From Octopus vulgaris (lineage: Eukaryota), in NCBI GenBank assembly GCA_951406725.2, contig OX597826.1, forward strand, positions 62,620,001-62,684,000: a DNA stretch of 64,000 bases, read 5' to 3'. Both the position numbers and the translations under genes were made by a program. How positions within the stretch are numbered: the stretch's first letter is position 1; every line of letters begins with the position of its first letter. The notes below the pieces were generated by a model, which was not told where the DNA came from, ran no database searches, and was given only the letters and a program-made list of their open reading frames with translations. This document shows positions 58,412 through 64,000 of this stretch, piece by piece.

Positions 58412-58420
58412 AATATATAA

Positions 58421-58555
<135 letters not shown>

Positions 58556-58659
58556 TATATATATACACACACACATATATATATATAAATATATGCTTGT
58601 ACATAAATATGTGTGTTTGTGTATTTATGTGTAGGTGCGTGTGGTCTCCAATTTTGTCT

Positions 58660-59490
58660 CGAGGCCAAGGGATAGAGATGCAGGAAAAGCAGTAAAATGT
58701 GGCAACCGATGTAGACTTTGTGGAGATGATACCGAAGTTATCACCCACGCTACAAGCAGTTATTCAAAAATGTCATCCCGGTGTTATCAACCCCTGAGAC
58801 ATGATGTTGTAGCTAGTATACTCTATAATGAAAACCGTCAGAAGAGTAACGCCGAAGACAAAGAAATAGGATCCGACGCTATGATAGAAGCCATAGTCAG
58901 TTAGTAGAGGCGGAATGTCCCAGTCAAGACCTCACTAAAATATATGCACAACAGACCTGATATAAGGATTTGGGATAGAGAAGAGAAACTGTGCGAAGCA
59001 GTGGGAACTAGCTGCCTAGCGGATGTTAACTTAAAGCTGACGATCAATGAAAAAGAGAATACCTACGTTGAACTATTGAGAAATCTGAAGTTACTCTGTC
59101 CAGATTACAACTTCAAGTTTATACCTGTAATTATTGAGGATATGTGACACACTCCCTAACTCCCTAACTGGAGAATTTAGAGGCCTAAATTCTCAAGAAA
59201 AGGGGAAAGATGATTCAAAACTACAGATCCACTCCATCACTGGAACTCAAAATCTGTAAAACTTTCCAGAAGGTTATTATTTAAGTATATATGAGCTTGT
59301 CTAGATATGCAAATATATGCATGAGAATACATACATAAAAAAACATACAAGTCTGTTCATATACATTCATACACATTAAAAAAAAACCCTGTTGCTGATG
59401 TTGAAATTCCAATGAAGGAGCCCTGGATCTAGTTTAGAAATCAACTTTTTCTCTATTGGCAAAAAATCTTAAAATAAAACTAAGTAATGA
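58660..59490 (+). mobile_element. 5'-truncated, decayed copy of the second R4-like RLE retrotransposon, ending in (TACA)n
   Basis: [14 protein letters not shown]...RHDVVA; HNRPDIRIWD...EKENTY.ELLRNL...FIPVII; 3'UTR runs into (TACA)n at 59491-59585. Confidence 0.85.
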
Positions 59491-59548
59491 TATACATACA
59501 TACATACATACATACATACATACATACATACATACATACATACATACA

Positions 59549-59582
<34 letters not shown>

Positions 59583-60550
59583 CACACTCACGCACATCTT
59601 TCATTATGTGGTGACATCAATGAAGTCATCAAACTGAAGGCTGTCGCGTATCCTACAACAATGCAAAATTATTCCGTTCTTGATTGAAACTATGGTTAAA
59701 TAAAAAAAACACACATCTTTACCTACAGAACAGCTTATCATTTCAGACATGTCTAAGTGTCAGGCCTTAAGGAAAAATGAGAACCCGTTAATCATTTCCT
59801 GCTGAAGCCAAATGCACTTTCTTCTTTATGGAAATTCGCTGCACTCGAAGATGGCCTAGAAGCAAAGTGAAGTATATAAAAGTGTTTTTTTTTCTTTCTT
59901 TGTTTTATTGGCACACGAATTGTGATTGACACTAGAAAAACAATGCTAACGATTCCGGATTTCTATATCGCATTTGCAATCAACTGTGTTTAGATAAAAA
60001 TAAATATCCTTGATTATCTGACAACTCTGCCTAATTCGTCCATCTTATAACATAGTTGTTGTAAATGTACATTGGAGAAAATAGTATTCCTTTATCGATC
60101 AGTACTACATGTTAAATACAGAAGTATGTTGTGCCAATGGTAAAAGTTCACATTGAGTAAAATCTGGTATGTAACAACTGAGAGTAGCGAGATTAATAAT
60201 GACAGCAGCTATGCATTAGATTATATTTCAACTTCGTTCTTTGTATAAGTGAAGAAATTCTTTAAGTACATTAAAATGAACTGCTTCAGCAAAATTCTCC
60301 AGGTGAATACCAGTTTTCCATAGTTACTCGATTACATCGGTAAATTTAAGCATATAATCGTTAAACCAGTCTTATGATAAAGAAGCAATATGAACTATTA
60401 AGTGACCAACAAATGATGATTTATATAAGCACTCGCATTTTTTTTTAAAATTCGGTAGACATCTATTATAGTCCTACGCCGAACAATAACTTGTGAGTGA
60501 AGTTGGTAGAGGCGAAAACTGAGTAGAAGTCTGCTGTGTATATATATATT

Positions 60551-60622
<72 letters not shown>

Positions 60623-60658
60623 TAGATATAAATGCACACACACATACACACTCACGCG

Positions 60659-61498
60659 GAGGGTTCGATGGGTAAATCGTTGTCATGTTATATTTTAAAT
60701 TTCACGCATGCGTATTGTTTGTTTTGGATTTTCGACTACACAGCATAGTAAGGTCATTTGGGCACCATATATGAGAAAAGCAGCACCATGACGCAATTCA
60801 CACTACCAGAAATTTGGAAACAGCACGCTGTACTACTTAGCATTCGTGCCCGAAACTGCAATACGAGCAAGTTGTTGAGTGTCAATATGAGGGCATGTAC
60901 CGAGAGTAATAAAATCAAATAGCCAGTCAACATAGTGATGTTTAGAGTGATCGCTAGCGATGGCAACGTTATGCCCCATTCGTCATCCCACACGGCCTCA
61001 GACTCAACATGGAGGCCTATATCAAGTGCCTGGAGGAGTTAGTGCTTCTCTGAGTCAAGAGAGTGATTGCGGGAAGATCCTATGTCTGGCAAAAGCAGGA
61101 GCACTCAGTCATGGCTGTCAGACAATTTCTGCAGCCACATAACCCCTAACATCTGGCCAACTAATTCAACAGACTACAACCCCATTGATTATTATGTGTG
61201 GGGTGCAATTGAGCGAGAGACCAACAAAATTCCTTGTAACACCAAAGATGAACTGAAGGAAAGGATTACGGTAGTATTCACCATCTTAAACAAGGAGACC
61301 GTTAAGAAGAGTTTCAGGAAATTCCGAAGTCGTCTGGTGGCCGTGGTTGGAGCTAATGGCAATTTTATTGAATATATTTACTCTTTAGTATTTCAATATA
61401 TTTCTATTTAATTTTAGTAAATATATCTGCGAAAATGAGATGTGGGTGTTATTTTCATTTTTACATAATTTAGATAACAGTTTATTCACCGCACCCTG
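60659..61498 (+). mobile_element. Internally deleted IS630-Tc1-mariner element, DD37D/maT-like
   Basis: Decayed 26-bp TIRs (18/26 match), TA at 61499-500; peptides ASDGNVMP, HGLRLNMEAYIKCLEE and WPTNSTDYNPIDYYVWG (a D at the third catalytic position). Confidence 0.82.
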
Positions 61499-61639
61499 TA
61501 TATGCAATAACCGAATTTAAATACCCCGAGAAGTGCAAGGCAAGAAGAGAAAGGCGCCAATCTAGGAAATAAATGTATATCAGGATACAATATTCATCGT
61601 TATTGCAAATCTAGAACAAATTAAAATATCGAGAAAATA

Positions 61640-63250
61640 GTTATTGACTTGGAAAAACCAATTTATCGATGAAATTAAATATATTTATCATGGGATTCTT
61701 AGAAACATAGACTCTTGGGAATCTATGTTTGGAATCTATGTAAGTATTAGATCAAATTATTATATACTTTGATTATTCATCTACCTTAGTGGTTAAAACT
61801 TAAAGGTTTTAGGCAATATTCTTGTTGAATCTTGACTTTCCATCTTCGAATCCTACCTCTTTTAAATCAGAATCTAGTAGAAAAGATGCAATGGATTAAC
61901 ATTCCATAATCGAAAATAAAAGGAAGTGGGAAATATTTTGGGTTAATAAGATATTTGTAGTTTATATCAAAATTCGCAGTCTCATTTGAAAGTCTGCTTT
62001 GAGAAAAAGAAATAGTGTTTTTAGTTGGGGAATGCATCAATTACAGATCTTGTAAGCCTCTTGTAAAATACACTACTTTTCATAAATTTTCTATTGCATA
62101 TGAAACAACTTCTGCTGCTGGTACTTAAGAATTTACAATGGCATAAATAATGTCTGAAACTGAAAAATCAAATCATGCGTAGGTCAAACACTTGGAAGCA
62201 TCTATTTAGTGGTATGGAGTGTTGAAATATTGCGATATTTTCATTTAATTTAATCTTCCATAAGGGTGACTAATCATCACCCATGTTAATTGCTTTCTTC
62301 TGTGTTTTTTTATTTGCTTCAAAGAAACTTGATGTTTTCAGGTGAGACTACTAGGTGCGATATTGTATTATTAAAAATGGTTTTGAAATGCTTTCTAAAT
62401 TAATATGCTTAGTAAAACCAGCAGTCGCATTGGTGCTCTTAAAATTGGATAAAATTTCGACTGAGATCAATTCAATGTACTTTTTTTACAGATGCATGAC
62501 AACCTGTAACAGCTGATTTTAGTTAACTATTTTGGTACAATTTGCAGACATTCATCTGGATTGATTTTAGCTAATCATCTTTCCTTTAATAAAAACAGTT
62601 CATATTCACCTCAAGATTATCAGGAAAAAGTTCTTTTCTCCACTCGTGACATGCTTTCAAGTGTATGGTAAGCACTGACAAAACAACGAGATTGCAATTC
62701 TTGGCAAAATTTGTATAGATTTTGTAGATTATGTCACAGCTATTGTGTCATATATGCTGAATTCAGATTTAGAGTTATTCCTTCTACATTTAATAACCCG
62801 AAGCCCAGCTTTAAGTAAGACTACATATACAGTAGCGACATGTATTAGATGCAGGAAATAAGTTAATCATTGCTGATTCAGTATGTATTTGATATGAAGC
62901 CTATTTAAGTTACAACAGAAAGTAAGAAAGCGTAAAGGAACATTTATTTTCCTTCTTTAGTTTCTCTCGTTTCAATGACCGTAGTTTGAGGCAGAGAAAT
63001 GGCTGGTTAAACCGACATGGTTGCAAGGAAATTGAAAGTTCTACTCACATTCCATTATGTAATGATGCAACAGAACGTGTTATGTAAACAATTAAGTCTC
63101 TATTAAAAGGTTACAGTCTATCAATTGGAAATGTTATTGAGTATTTGTTAAAGGTTCTTTTCCACTTGCGTAGTGAATGTGTATATGTAAGTTACATCAA
63201 TCTGGGAAATTATTCGGCAGACAAGTTAAGCGTAAAAGTAAATCGTTTTT
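61640..63250 (+). mobile_element. Highly decayed Ty3/Gypsy pol remnant (RT end, RNase H, integrase)
   Basis: In order: ..FGLIRYL*FISKFA..KRNSVFSWG (RT-RH link), SETEKSNHA*V..LEA..VVWSVEILRYF...VTNHHP (RNase H), GCKEIESSTHIPLCNDATERVM*TIKSLLK (integrase SSPYHPQSNGxAER). Confidence 0.7.
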
Positions 63251-63849
63251 ACGAGATGTACAAATGTTTCGTTGGAAGGATGAGAGAAGGAATTTTCCCA
63301 CAGGAGCATGCTATCTGATTTATGATAGCAGAACCACAACCTTGAATAACTTGTAGATGAAAAAGCTGAGTTAGTGTCAGTTGAGAAATATCCCTCAAAT
63401 AGCTTTCCCCAAGCACATTAACTGATCATGATAATGTTATCAAAGGGACATCACGATCAACTCCCGTTTCCTGTTCAACAACCGATGCATCATAATGTTC
63501 CAGTAAAGTAATCATTATAACAGATTATCGTCATGAATAGTAGAACTGCGACTTGCTAATATTCAATTTCCAACATTTCCTAAGCAATCCTGGCAGCAAC
63601 GTCATAATATAGCAATATCACTGTTCAAACTGCAGAATCCCCAAAGGAATTCGCAAGCCACAAAGATAAATTAATTAACACAATACCTAAGGATGTTATA
63701 TTCATAATGACCCAAACAATGACATATTTTTCTCTATATTATATCATGAATATATAATACAGAGGAAAACTAGCAACAGACAGCACATTAAACACTTAAC
63801 ATGACAAAATCCCAACGTCGCTCCAAACACCCAGACGAACAGACCTAAC

Positions 63850-64000
63850 AGAAAATACAAAAACCATCATGGCTTCTGGTGCAACCAAATCTGGGACTCG
63901 AACATCTCATCCAACATTGCAAAACAAGTCTTCGCTGCACTCGATCATTGGTTCCCTAAAGACAGCAAAATATCCGACCGTCACACTATAAAACTGTCCC
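63850..64000 (+). mobile_element. Penelope-like (Naiad-type) fragment running off the window end
   Basis: WCNQIWDSNISSNIAKQVFAALDHWFPKDSKISDRHTIKLS resembles WFNPPYSxNVxTNIGKxFLxLIDKHFP...IFNRNTVKVSYS. Confidence 0.6.

Overview
AT-rich eukaryotic (metazoan) genomic DNA saturated with microsatellites ((TA)n, (TACA)n, (TAGA)n, (AAT)n, (CA)n). The repeat landscape resembles octopus (coleoid cephalopod) DNA; this is an inference. Almost all ORFs in the track are microsatellite artefacts, and no intact protein-coding gene is recognisable. Supported content: a decayed Tc1 element (2745-3887); an internally deleted R4/Dong-type RLE retrotransposon sitting in (AAT)n (8203-11426); two 3' fragments of a second R4-like family sitting in (TACA)n; a deleted DD37D/maT-like mariner; decayed Gypsy pol, L2/CR1-like, Jockey/I-like and Penelope-like (PLE) remnants; two MITEs; and many copies of three tRNA-derived SINE families. 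The most notable signal is a set of hammerhead-ribozyme (HHR) motifs in short non-coding elements. One is a complete minimal type-I HHR with a compensatory U3-A8 core pair, embedded in a ~140-nt rod-like fold (37517-37653, minus strand). Four unique-sequence islands with minus-strand splice signals may be exons of an unidentified host gene.
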